From Mobula hypostoma (lineage: Eukaryota): DNA of 64,000 nt. The notes beneath the pieces are model-generated. The model worked only from the letters and a program-made list of their open reading frames with translations, searched no databases and was not told where the DNA came from. The stretch is taken from the NCBI RefSeq assembly GCF_963921235.1, contig NC_086097.1:235478001-235542000 (forward strand), given 5' to 3'. Each line of letters starts with the position of its first letter. Within the stretch, counting starts at the first letter, position 1. Below are positions 24,322-35,515 of the stretch, in pieces. Made by a program: the position numbers and the translations under genes.

Positions 24322-24630
24322 CAGGCATCCTTTAGTCTCGTGAGACCATGGATTTGCGCTTTGGAAGGTTTCCAGGGCGCAGGCCTGGGCAAGGTTGTAT
24401 GGAAGACCGGCAGTTGCCCATGCTGCAAGTCTCCCCTCCCCACACCACTGATGTTGTCCAAGGGAAGGGCACTAGGGCTGATACAGCTTGGCACCGGTGT
24501 CGTCGCAGAGCAATGTGTGGTTAAATGCCTTGCTCAAGGACACAACACGCTGCCTCAGCTGAGGCTCAAACTAGTGAACTTCAGATCACTAGATCAACGC
24601 CTTAACCACTTGGCCACGCGCCAACACCAT
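24322..24630 (-). mobile_element. tRNA-derived SINE with CORE-like middle and putative RTE-type tail
   Basis: A box TGGCCAAGTGG, B box-like GTTTGAGCC, GTGTCCTTGAGCAAGGCATTTAAC; direct repeat CATATCTGATA at 24311-24321 and 24628-24638. Confidence 0.8.
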
Positions 24631-24989
24631 ATCTGATAAAACGTTTTGTAAATCACAGACACAAATTAATATGGAGTATTGTTTGTAGCAAGATTTCCTT
24701 TGAAACCACTAATAGTTCTTCCAGTCTTTTTGAATTCAACTTTGTTGAATGATACATTATTTAAAAACAATGAAATATTCAGTAAATTTTAGTAGCTGAA
24801 ATCATGGATATTTAAATATTAAAGGGAATTACTGAGAATATTTATGCAAAATATTAACTCCACCTGAGAATATATTAACTAATTTGGGGTTAGAAGTTTA
24901 TCAAAATGAGGAACTGGCATTAAAGCAATGTATGAGTGGCCTATTCTGTCACTGTCCAGCAAATTTCCAAGTGCTTAAAGTTTAAAATA

Positions 24990-25418
24990 TTCTGGGCCTG
25001 TACTCACTGGAATTCAGAAGAATGAGGGGGGGATCTTATTGAATGCTATTGCATGATGAAAGGCCTTGACAGAGTGGATGTGGAGAGGATGCTTCCTTTT
25101 GGGGGGAAGTCTAAGATCAGAGGACAACAGCCTCAGAATAGAGGGACATCCATTTAGAATGGAGGTGTGGAGGAATTTCTTTAGCCAGGGAGTAGTGAAT
25201 CTGTGGAATTCATTGCCACAGCTGCCTGTGGAGGACAAGTCATTCGGCATATTTAAGGCAGAGATTGATAGGTTCATGATTCATCAGGACATGAAGGGAT
25301 ACAGAGAGAAGGCAGGAGACTGGGGCAGAGAGAGAAATGGATTAGGTATGATGAAATGGTGGAGCAGACTTGATGGGCCAAATGGCCTAATTCTACTCCT
25401 ATATCTTATGGTCTTATC
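24990..25418 (+). mobile_element. CR1 3' fragment
   Basis: SLRIEGHPFRMEVWRNFFSQGVVNLWNSLP. Confidence 0.9.
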
Positions 25419-26204
25419 AATGATAGAGCAGGACTTGCACAAGTAAGAGATGGTTAGAATTTACAAAATATTGTTCTAAAGTAAACAAATGCAGATAGGG
25501 ATTGAATTTTACATCCAACTCAATCGTACTGCACAAATTCTGATGCACGCAAATTTAATTTGTAATCTTATTCTTTTACAAAATTCTACCTGGAAATTGG
25601 ATCTAATTGTACCAGTTGTGCATGATTTAACATATTAGTATTCAATTTTGGTGGAAGTCTTCCCTTGCAGGAAACTGGACCAGGAACCTTCAAGTATGGC
25701 ATGAATGACATTTCTCCAGTGTCATTGACATATGTGATGACTTCGTCAGCACATATCAATCATTTCTGCATTACCGGCTATAACATGCAACTTACAACAT
25801 TTTTTACTAGCTTCCAGGGTAGCAGAGCAATTCCACAGCAAGTTGGCAAAGAGACATTAATTACACTATGTCAACTGAAGCACAAATCAAAGATTCTTGT
25901 CCTCTCCCCTGTGTTTCCCTCATCTTCATGGCAGTCTTCTCTGCATCTCCACTGGCAGACTAAGGCCCTCTCTTATGGCTCAATCCTTCAGGAAATTTGA
26001 CTCCTAATTTATTGATGGAATTATAGTTTGCTCCGATACCCTTTTGTTCTGGCATTGATCTGCCCTAGAATATGTTAACACTGTAGTAGTCTGCAAAATT
26101 CATCTGAAAAATGGAATTCCTAGCTCTTATGGATTGTTTCCCTTTGCAAGGATCATCCGTTCTTATATTTGTGTCTCAAATTACATACATAAACTTATTT
26201 TTTC

Positions 26205-26340
26205 TCCAGTCCTGCCAAAGGGTCATGGCCTGAAACATCAATTGTACTTTTTTCCATAGATGCCACCTGGCCTGCTGAGTTTCTCCAGCATTTTCTGTGT
26301 GTTGATTGGATTTCCAGAATCTGCTGATTTTCTCTTGTAC
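26205..26340 (+). mobile_element. PLE terminal fragment with decayed hammerhead
   Basis: CAGTCCTGCCAAAGGGTCATGGCCTGAAACATCAATTG...GATGCCACCTGGCCTGCTGAG. Confidence 0.7.
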
Positions 26341-26964
26341 ATGAACTTCAGAACTGTTCTGGTATTATGATTTTTAAAAAAGATTTTTTTTAAAATATGG
26401 AATAGACAGCAATTTGTTGAAGTCTGCTGACAGTTTGTTCTGCTGAGGCCCAAGGTCTAGATGTTAAGGAAATGTCAAAATGGTAATGGCCACAAAATCT
26501 ATGTCTATTTCATTACTTTCAGGAAACTTAACATCAAGGTTACCTCTCAAAGGAAAACCACTTACTAACCCTTTAGAATGTCACTGTCTAAAACTCTTTG
26601 GAACTTGTTGCATCAAGACTTTTATTAACAAGCATGTAGTAGCTATTTAATTAGGAGTTTGAGGAGAATTGGTATGTCACCAAAGACACTCACAAATTTC
26701 TAGAGATATACCACAGAGAGTACTCTAACTAGTTACATCAGCATCTGTATGGAGTGGCCAATAAAATTCTGATTCTGATTCTAAAAAGATTCAAAGTTTC
26801 ATTTATTAAAGCATGTATGTAGTATACATCTCTGAGATTCATACTCCAGTTAGCCATGAAACAAAGAAAACTGTGAAAGTCAGTTCAAAGAGAAACAACA
26901 AACCCACCTCCTCACACAAAAAGGAACAGAACACAGCAAGAACTTCAACTCTATCCATACTATC

Positions 26965-27580
26965 CTTTGGCCTTAACAGTCACATATTTACAGATACTGA
27001 TTGCACTATTTCAACAGTAAATCCAACCATCTTCCCCAGGCACAAGATAGTCAAATGACAAGTCCCCCTAGCGACACCTCCTTACCTACCCTCTAAGTGA
27101 GTAGGGCATGGGTGGAGCTCAATGGTTGATTATGATTGGCTGGATCTGAGTTCCCTATTACTGCTTGGCTAGTTTAAATTGGCTTTGATCTGTCTGGCCA
27201 TTTTTTAGGTCAAAACATCTGTAGGAATGTGTGGGTCCAGAATAAATCTATTTCTACACTCTTAGAACCTACATTTAGGTCCCCCACATGCTCCATCTCG
27301 AGTAATTCCTTAGTCTTTCTCTTGTAGGCACTCTCTTCCTTGCCAGTGATGTTGGCCTCATCAAACCTTGGCCTCCATGAGCATGATAGGCAGTGTTCAA
27401 TGATCCCATCTTGTTCTGCTCTCAAATTTTTTGAGGCACTGTTGTGTTCTACTATCCTGGTCTTGGTTGGCCTTCCAGTCTCACCAATATATAATTTTTG
27501 GCATGGTAATAGAGGTATGGAGTACAAACTCCCCGCCACAGGGGCACCTGGAAGACCGAAAGTTTTTTGTCAGATTTGAT
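26965..27580 (-). mobile_element. Penelope-like element (second family): GIY-YIG endonuclease and 3' terminus
   Basis: GSLYSIP..PCQKLYIGETGRPTKTRIVEH...KRKTKELLE; downstream decayed CTGGGGAAGATGGT...ACTGTTGAAA. Confidence 0.85.
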
Positions 27581-28699
27581 CACAAGTCACAAAGCCTCCA
27601 TAGTAAGAACGTTGACCTCCAAACCCTCTTCCTCTGCACAAAATGCATCAAGACCATCAACCCCCAAATCCCCCTCCCACTGCACAAAAAAAAACAATGA
27701 GAAAGAATGGGTGAAAACAGAATATAAAAAACCATAAGCCTGAAAAATTTCCTAGTCCACTCTATAAACACAGAACTTTGGTAACATCCCCTGACATCAT
27801 TGTAAGAGAAATACACCATTCGAATGCAGAGGATGCTTTAATCGGCGAAATGGAATCGAACATCAGCTCACACCCCGTCACGAAATTTCTTCACCTCGAG
27901 GGCATTGGAGCGCGATCTCTCTTCCCAGAATCTTCTCGGAGACAACAAAGCGCTGGATCACTCAGTTGATCTTCAAGCTGTAAATCACAGCCTCTAACAG
28001 TTAAAGGAACACACTTAAGATGAAAAACATATAAACAATGTGAACTAAGCAGTTTTGCGGATTATCTGGAAGGTGTCGATTGAGAAGCATCACTGAAGCG
28101 AGTGGTTGAATACTGTGCCATCAATTACTTTATTTCAACCGCAGTCCTAACCGCTCACTTCTGCAGTCTGCTTCAAAAAGGCATCTAGTGTACTAACACC
28201 CCAGAAGAGCACAGTGAGCTGTCTCAATGACTAGATCGACCGTAGAGATGCTGCCTGGCCTGCTGCGTTCACCAGCAACTTTTATGTGTGTTGTTCAATG
28301 ACTACCATCCAGCTGCACTGATGAAGTGCAACTGTCCAAACCAGACATTAAATCTTTGTTTTGCTCTACTCACAGCTCACTACATCTCCCCTTCCTGATC
28401 CTCCTCATTCATCTTCTGCTCACTCCCCCACCCCACCCCACTTGTTGCCCTCCCTACGCTCCTGTTCTTCAATGTGAGAAACTCAAGGGGAGAAGACTTG
28501 TTTGCATTGTTCAGTCTGCAGGAGATTGCAAACAGCATTGAATATTCAAAAAGGTCCTGCAATTCAGAAACAGGATCAGGTTTAATATCACCAGCATATG
28601 TTATGAGATTTGGTGTCTTTGCGGCAGCAGTACAGTGCATTACATAATAATGGACAAAAAACTGTGAATTACAGCAAATATATTCTGTGTGTATGTGTA

Positions 28700-28718
28700 T
28701 ACACACACACACGCACAC

Positions 28719-28758
<40 letters not shown>

Positions 28759-28768
28759 GTATATATAA
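28700..28768. repeat. (CA)n/(TA)n microsatellite
   Basis: About 25 CA units with two CG interruptions, followed by TA units. Confidence 0.95.
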
Positions 28769-29211
28769 AGTAGTTAAATAAGTAGAGCAAAAACAGAAAT
28801 AAATTAAGTAGTGAGGTAGTCTTCATGGGTTCAATGTCCATTCAGAAATTGGATGGCACAGGTGAAGAAGCTGTTCCTGAATCATTGAGTGTGTTTCTTC
28901 AGGTTTCTGTACCTCCTCCCTGATGGTAGCAATGAGAAGAGGGCGTGTGCTGGAGTGATGGGCGCCCTTAATGCTGGGCGCTACCTTTTTGATGCATCAC
29001 TCCTTGAAAGTGTCCTGGATGCTGGGGAGGCTGGTGCCCATGTGGAGCTGACTAAGGTTACAATTCCCTGCAGTTTACTTTGATCTTGTACAGTAGCCAC
29101 CCCACCCCATCTCCCAGCCCCAGCATAACAAACAGTGATGCAGCTGGTTAAAATGCTCTCCACAGTACAACTGTAGAAATTTGTGAATGCTTTAGGTAAC
29201 ATACCAGATTT

Positions 29212-30430
29212 CCATAAGATCGTAAGATATAAGAGCAAAATTAGGCCACTTGGCCCATCGTGTCTGCTCTGCCATTTCATCAGGATTGATCAAATTTTCC
29301 TCTCAGCCTCAATCTCCTGCTTTCTCCCTGTATTCATTCATGCCCCAACCAATCAAGAATCTATCAACTTCTGCCTTAAATATACATAAAGACTTGGCCG
29401 CCATAGCTGCCTGTGGCAAATAATTCCAAAGATTTACCACTTAATAGCAAAAGGAATTCCTCCTCATCTCCATGATAAAATGATGCCCTTTATTCTGAGG
29501 CTGTGCCCTCTGGTCTTAGACTCTCCCACCACAGGAAACGTCTTCTCCACATCCACTCAATCAAGGCGTTTCACCATCCCATAGATTTCAATGAAATTGC
29601 CCCTAATTCTTCTGAATTCCAGTGAATACAGGCCCAGAACCATTAAATGTTCTTCATTTGACAAACCATTCAATCCTGGCATCATTTTTGTGAACCTCCT
29701 TTGAACCCTCTCCAGTATTAGCTCATCCTTTTTAAGACTGCAAACTGCTCACAATGCTCCAAGTGAGGCCTCACCAATGCTTTAAAAAGTCTCAGCATTA
29801 CATCCTTGCTTTTATATTCTAATCCTCTTGAAATGAATGCTAACATTGCATTTGCCTTCCTCTACCACAGGCTCAATCTCAGGGAATTCTGCACAAGGAC
29901 TCCTATGTCTCTTTGCATTTCAGTTTTTTTTTGTATTTTCTCTCCATTTAGAAAATAATCAACCCTTGTGTTTCTTCTCCCAAAGTGCATGACCATAGAC
30001 TTCCCAACACTGTATGCCATCTGCCATTTCTTTGCTCATTCACCTAATCTGCCCAAGTCCATCTGTAGCCTCTCTACTTCCTCAAAAATACCTGCCCCCT
30101 CCAGCTAACTTCATATTGTCTGTAAACTTTGCAACAAAGCCATCAATTCCTTCATCCAAATCACTGGCAAATAACATAAAAAGAACCGGTCCCAACATCG
30201 ACCTTTGTGGAACACCACTAGTCACTGGCAACCAGTCAGAAAAGGCTCCTTTTATTCCCACTGTTTGCCTCCTGCCAATCATCTGCTGCTTTATCCATGC
30301 TAACATATTTCCAGTAATTCTATGTGCTCGTAGCTTTCTAAGCAGCCTCATGTGTGTCATGTTATCAAAGGCCTTCTGAAGATCTAAGTATACAACATCA
30401 ACCAATTCTCCTTTGTCCATCTCCTCAAAC
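29212..30430 (-). mobile_element. CR1 RT-to-3' fragment
   Basis: VDVVYLDLQKAFD...VTSGVPQRSMLGPVLF...KFTDNMK. Confidence 0.9.
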
Positions 30431-30594
30431 ACCTAACGAAATGTATCCGCTGATGTACCTTCTTGGTGGTGCATTGATATGTTGGGTCTAAGTTAGACCC
30501 TCAGAGAAACTGACACCCAGGAACGTGAAATTGACATGTGCTGCCATTGTAAGCATGTAATACTGTAAGTTTACATGACTATATTTAAGATGTA

Positions 30595-30952
30595 GTCGAG
30601 TAGGCAGGGAGTCTCTGTCTCCTACAGTAGAAATGTCTAATATCAGACAGCAAGCATTTAAAGTGAGAGGAGGTGATTTCAAAGGAGATGTGAGGGGCAA
30701 GTTTTTTTACACAGTGAGTGGTGGGCATCTGGAATGTGCTTTTAGGTGTGTTGGTAGAGGCAGATAAATTAGGGACTTTTAAGAGACATTTAGATAGGCA
30801 CGTGAATTTGAGGAAAATGGAAGGATATGGACATTGTATAGGTACTAGGGATTAATTTAGTTAGCCATTTAATTACTAATTTAATTGGTTCAGCACAACA
30901 TTTTGGGCCAAAGGGCCTGTTCCAGAGCTTGTACCATTCTATGTTCAATGTT
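30595..30952 (+). mobile_element. CR1 3' fragment
   Basis: TTTTTTACACAGTGAGTGGTGGG...TTTAAGAGACATTTAGATAGG. Confidence 0.8.
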
Positions 30953-31454
30953 AAAGTCAACTAAGTGATTATAGCAATTGAAAGAGTAAGTCATCTTCAA
31001 TTGTTATCTTTGTGTTGAAGAAGTATAAAACATTGTGTTAGGAGAGTTCCATTCTCTTGGATTCTTCTGAACTCTCTCTCTTGTGGAGACCTGCTGTGTG
31101 AATAAAGACTTTTATATTTCCCAGTTACAACTTCTGTGCGGCTCAGCTGTAATCACTCAATACATACATATTACACTTCAAGTGAATTTATTTTAATGTT
31201 TCAAGAATTTTATCATTAAGCCCTGAAGCTTGAAGCATTTGCAAGAGCTAGAAATTACACAGCCCTCATTGCTATTGAACAGAACATGACAGACTGGACC
31301 CACGACCCAGAAATCCCCCACAGGCTTGCAGGGACCAATCTCAATAAATCTTTTCTTCCTCTGGTCTGGTGAGCAGTTCAAGCAATGATCCTGTTCAAAG
31401 TCCCTGCCCCTGAAATGCTACAACATAGCTGAAACTTTAAATGGCATAGTTTTA

Positions 31455-31615
31455 CATAGAAACATAGAAACATAGAAAATAGGTGCAGGAGTAGGCCATT
31501 CGGCCCTTTGAGCCTGCACCGCCATTCAGTATGATCATGGCTGATCATCCAACTCAGAACCCTGTACCAGCCTTCCCTCCATACCCCCGATCCCTTTAGC
31601 CACAAGGGCCATGTC
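31455..31615 (-). mobile_element. Young CR1 3'UTR stub
   Basis: (CATAGAAA)x3 and 3'UTR near-identical to 10533. Confidence 0.9.
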
Positions 31616-31786
31616 TTTTGAAAGTCTTTGATATACAGTGGCACTTCAGAACTATTACATTAGTAGATAGTAACTGAAAATAAACTAATAAAACAAAGTA
31701 GGATTAATTAAAAATGCAGAAGAGCACAACACTCATCAAATATATGAAGAAGTACATAGTAAGGAAAAACGATCTAGTACTTTCCT

Positions 31787-34612
31787 TCTTTTTTTCTTTA
31801 TCAATCTTTTTATTGATTTTAAATAATGTACATATGTACAAACAGGAGGATTATCTCAGATATCTATATCAATAACAATACATGTAAAAAGTAAAATAAA
31901 CATTATCAAGATCATACACAGTATGAATCTAAATAATGTATAATAAAAAATAAAATACTCCTCTTATCATTTAATGAAAAGAGAAAAAAACTTTTATAAT
32001 TTTATATATAGGAAAAACCACTGTTCTCTGTAAATAAAAACAAAAAATAATAAAAAATAAAAAGTAAAAGAAGAAAAAGGAAGGGGCTACTGGGCCACCC
32101 ACATTGAGAATAAAGTAAGAAAAAAGAAAAACTTTCTGATCAAATCCAAAATTTCGAGAGAGTAATTGGGACAGCAATGAATCAAAACATATGAAAAAAT
32201 TGAATCAAAGGTCACCAGGTTTCTTCAAATTTAAAGGATGTATCAAATGTCCGACTTCTATAATATAATTGTTTATATTCTAATATACGAATTAATCTAA
32301 TCCATATGAATATAGAGTAAGGAGTTTGTTAATGTGATTCAATATACTGTATCTGGTATTATTAAATTTTGTCTTTTGTTTCATAATATGTATTCTCTTG
32401 AATGTATTCTTCTATATAGAAATCAATAAAAATATTGAAAAGAGAGAGACATTTGCTGACAAATGAAAAAAAAAGTCCAACTTCTTATTTTCTCTAAACT
32501 TAGGACAGAATGGAGGAAAGCCAATAAAAAACAGTAGGGTGGATTAAAGTCCTTCCATTTAAGCAAAATAGCTCCCCTATCCAATAAAGTTGTAAATGCT
32601 ATCATCCATTGAGCGGAAACAGGAACATATCCTGCTTCCAGTGGAATTATCCCAAAAATTGCTGTAAATAAATTCAGTTGTAGGTCCAAATTCAAAACTT
32701 TTAATAAAGTTTTAAAGACATCTTTCCAAAAATTATCTGTCTTGATACAAGACCAAAACATATGAGTTAAAGTAGCCCCCTCAATATTACATCTGTCACA
32801 ATTAGGATTAATATTAAGAAAAATACGGGTTAATTTATCCTTTGACATATGTGCCCGGTGTACTACCTTGAATTGTATCAAGGAATGACGGGCACAAATA
32901 GATGAGATTTTTACCAAATGAAAAATTTTATCCCATTGATTATCTGAAAATGATTCTCGAAATTCCAATTCCAACGCACCTTTAATTTTATTGTTGGATA
33001 CCTTTCGCAAATTCAATAACCATTTATAAATTATAGCGATCAGTCCTTTTTGAAATGGTTTAACCTGAAAAAGAGTACCTATCATGTTGGGTGGAGAAAC
33101 AGAGGGAAAAGTTGGAAGTAAACTACGTAAAAAATTCCTAATTTGTAAATACGTAAAAAGTGTGCATTAGGTAAATCATATTTGTCCACTAACTGAGTGA
33201 AAGACATTAAACCCTCCTCCATAAACAAGTCCAAAAAAGTTATTATTCCTTTGGATTTCCAAATTAAAAAGGTCTGATCGGAAATTGATGGTTTAAAAAA
33301 TAATTAAGATGGATTTTACTAGAAAGAACAGAGTTATTAAACTCAAAAAATCTACAAAACTGAAACCAAATTCTTAATGTATGTTTAATAATAGGATTGA
33401 TGTCTCAACTACCAATCTTAGAAAGCAAAAAAGGAAGAGAAGCTCCCAGTAAAGAGGTCAAAGAATACCCCTTCACCGAGTTTTTCTCCAAATCTACCCA
33501 TAAAGGACAATCATGTATGTCTGAATAACGAATCCAAAACAAAATATATTGAATAGTAATTGCCCAGTAATACATTCTAAAATTTGGCAAAACCATACCA
33601 CCATGCTTTTTTAAATTTCTGCAATAGAGGTTTACTCAACCTAGGATTTATATTATTCTGAAGATAAGATAAAATTTTTGAGTCTATTTTGTCAAAAAAT
33701 CATTTAGGAACAAATGAAGGGATTGCTTGAAATACATATAAGAACTTTGGTAGCACTATCATTTTAATAGCATTAATTCAACCAATTAAAGATAATGACA
33801 TAGAAGACTATTTAGAAATTATTTGTTGCATGTATTCAATTAATGGAAGAAAGTTATATTTATACAGGTCCTTAAAATTTTTGGTAATTTTAATACCAAG
33901 ATAAGTAAAGTTATTTTTAGCAATACGAAAAGGAATTTGATCGTATTGATCCAAGTAGTTATTAATAGGAAATAACTCACTTTGTGCAAATTTAATTTAT
34001 ATCCAGAAAACTACTAAATTCAGAAAAAAATATAGATAACATAGAAGGAATAGATTTCTTAGGATCTGAAATATAAACTAACAAGTCATCTGCATATAAT
34101 GAAACCTTATGCACTTTATCGCTTCTCTTAATACCTTGAGCATTGTTGGAGTCCCAAAGGGCAATAGCAAGAGGTTCTAAAGCCAGATTGAATAACAGGA
34201 CAACCCTGCCGGGTACCTCTGTATAGCCTTAAGCAAGGAGATTTTTGATTGCTAGTTATAACTGCCACCAAAGGAGCTTGATAGATCAGCTTAATCCAGG
34301 AAATGAAACCTGGACCAAAATTAAATCTTTCTAAAACTTCGAATAAATAGAACCACTCTACCCTATCAAAGGCTTTCTCTGCGTCGAGGGAAACAACAAA
34401 TTCGGATTCTTTAGATGGAGAGGAATGAATAATATTCAATAATCTCCTAATATTAAAATATGAGTATCTTTTCTTAAAAAATCCAGTTTGATCTTTAGAA
34501 ATAACCTTAAGTAGAATATTCTGGAGCCTGTTAGTCAAAATCTTAGAAAGAATTTTAGAATCCACATTTAATAAGGAAATTGGTCTGTAAGAGGCACATT
34601 TAGATAAATCTT
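31787..34612 (-). mobile_element. L1-clade LINE, sense (RT to poly-A) segment of a 5'-inverted copy
   Basis: SYRPISLLNVDSKIL...SLDAEKAFDRVEW...RGTRQGCP...YADD...CDRC..THMFWSC; T-rich tail at 31787-31815. Confidence 0.92.
32260..32475 (+). mobile_element. Short L1-like 3' end nested in the minus-strand L1
   Basis: AATAAAAATATTGAAAAG...A9; host GTCCGACTTCT/GTCCAACTTCT duplicated on both sides. Confidence 0.55.
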
Positions 34613-35503
34613 CTAATACTGAAGTTCCCTGACAATAAACGAAATGCATCTCTGTGGAGATTCAATGCTACATTGCTGCATGATTCAGCATTTGTAAGTT
34701 TTATTAAAGAGCAAATTTCTCTATTTTTTGAATTAAATACATCTGAGGGTATGTCAAATTCGGTTATTTGGGGAGCAATGAAATCTTTTCTTAGGGGACA
34801 GATAATTTCATATTCAGCAGCTTTAAGAAGGAAAACTAAAGTGGAACTTTTAGTGATTACTAACAGGGTTAAACAAATAGATAAAAGTTTACTCAGTAAC
34901 ACCTACTGAAGATCTATATAAGGAAAGGGTAGAACGTCAAACACATTATGATCTACTTCTGACTTTTCTCATTGAGCAGCAACCTTTGAAATCTAAAAGT
35001 CAATTTTATATACATGGGGCTAAATCAGGTAAATTGTTAGCTGGTCAACTTAAAGCATCTATGACTAGAAGACAGATTTTGAAAATATGAAGAACTGATA
35101 GAACTGAAACGTCAGATTGTCAGGAAATTAATAAGGTATTTCTGGATTTTTACTCTAACCTTTATAAATCTGATTTTCCAAACAATATTACTTTTATGAA
35201 TAGATTCTTGCAAAGATTGAATAAACCCAAAATTTCTATCCAAGGTATGAATACATTAGATGTGCCTATTAAAAGAGAGGAAACAGTAAGGGCTACATTC
35301 TCTTTTCAATCAGGTGAAGCTCCCGGACCGTACGATTTACAGTAGAATTTTTTAAGACTTTTACTGAAATACTTACACCTCATTTATGCCAGACTTTCTC
35401 TAGTTCTACACCCTCCGGGACCCTTCCAAAAACTTTCTATGATGCATCAGTTTTAATAATTCCCAAAAAAGAAAAAGATTTATCTGAATGTGCCTCTTAC
35501 AGA
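34613..35503 (+). mobile_element. Inverted upstream ORF2 segment of the same L1
   Basis: WRFNATLLHD...WGAMKSFLRGQIISY...APGP...IIPKKEKDLSECASYR; ends where the minus segment starts. Confidence 0.9.
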
Positions 35504-35515
35504 TCTGGTGCTTTC

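Larger units (their letters stand above)
28560..30540 (-). mobile_element. Rex1/Babar fragment interrupted by a CR1 and a microsatellite
   Basis: TNFYSCTVESILTSCITVCY; VNFTFLGVSFSEGLT resumes at 30430-30540. Confidence 0.8.

Noticed and set aside
24540..24630. tRNA gene
   Set aside because: Only a SINE head; no complete cloverleaf, and it continues into a SINE body with a TSD.
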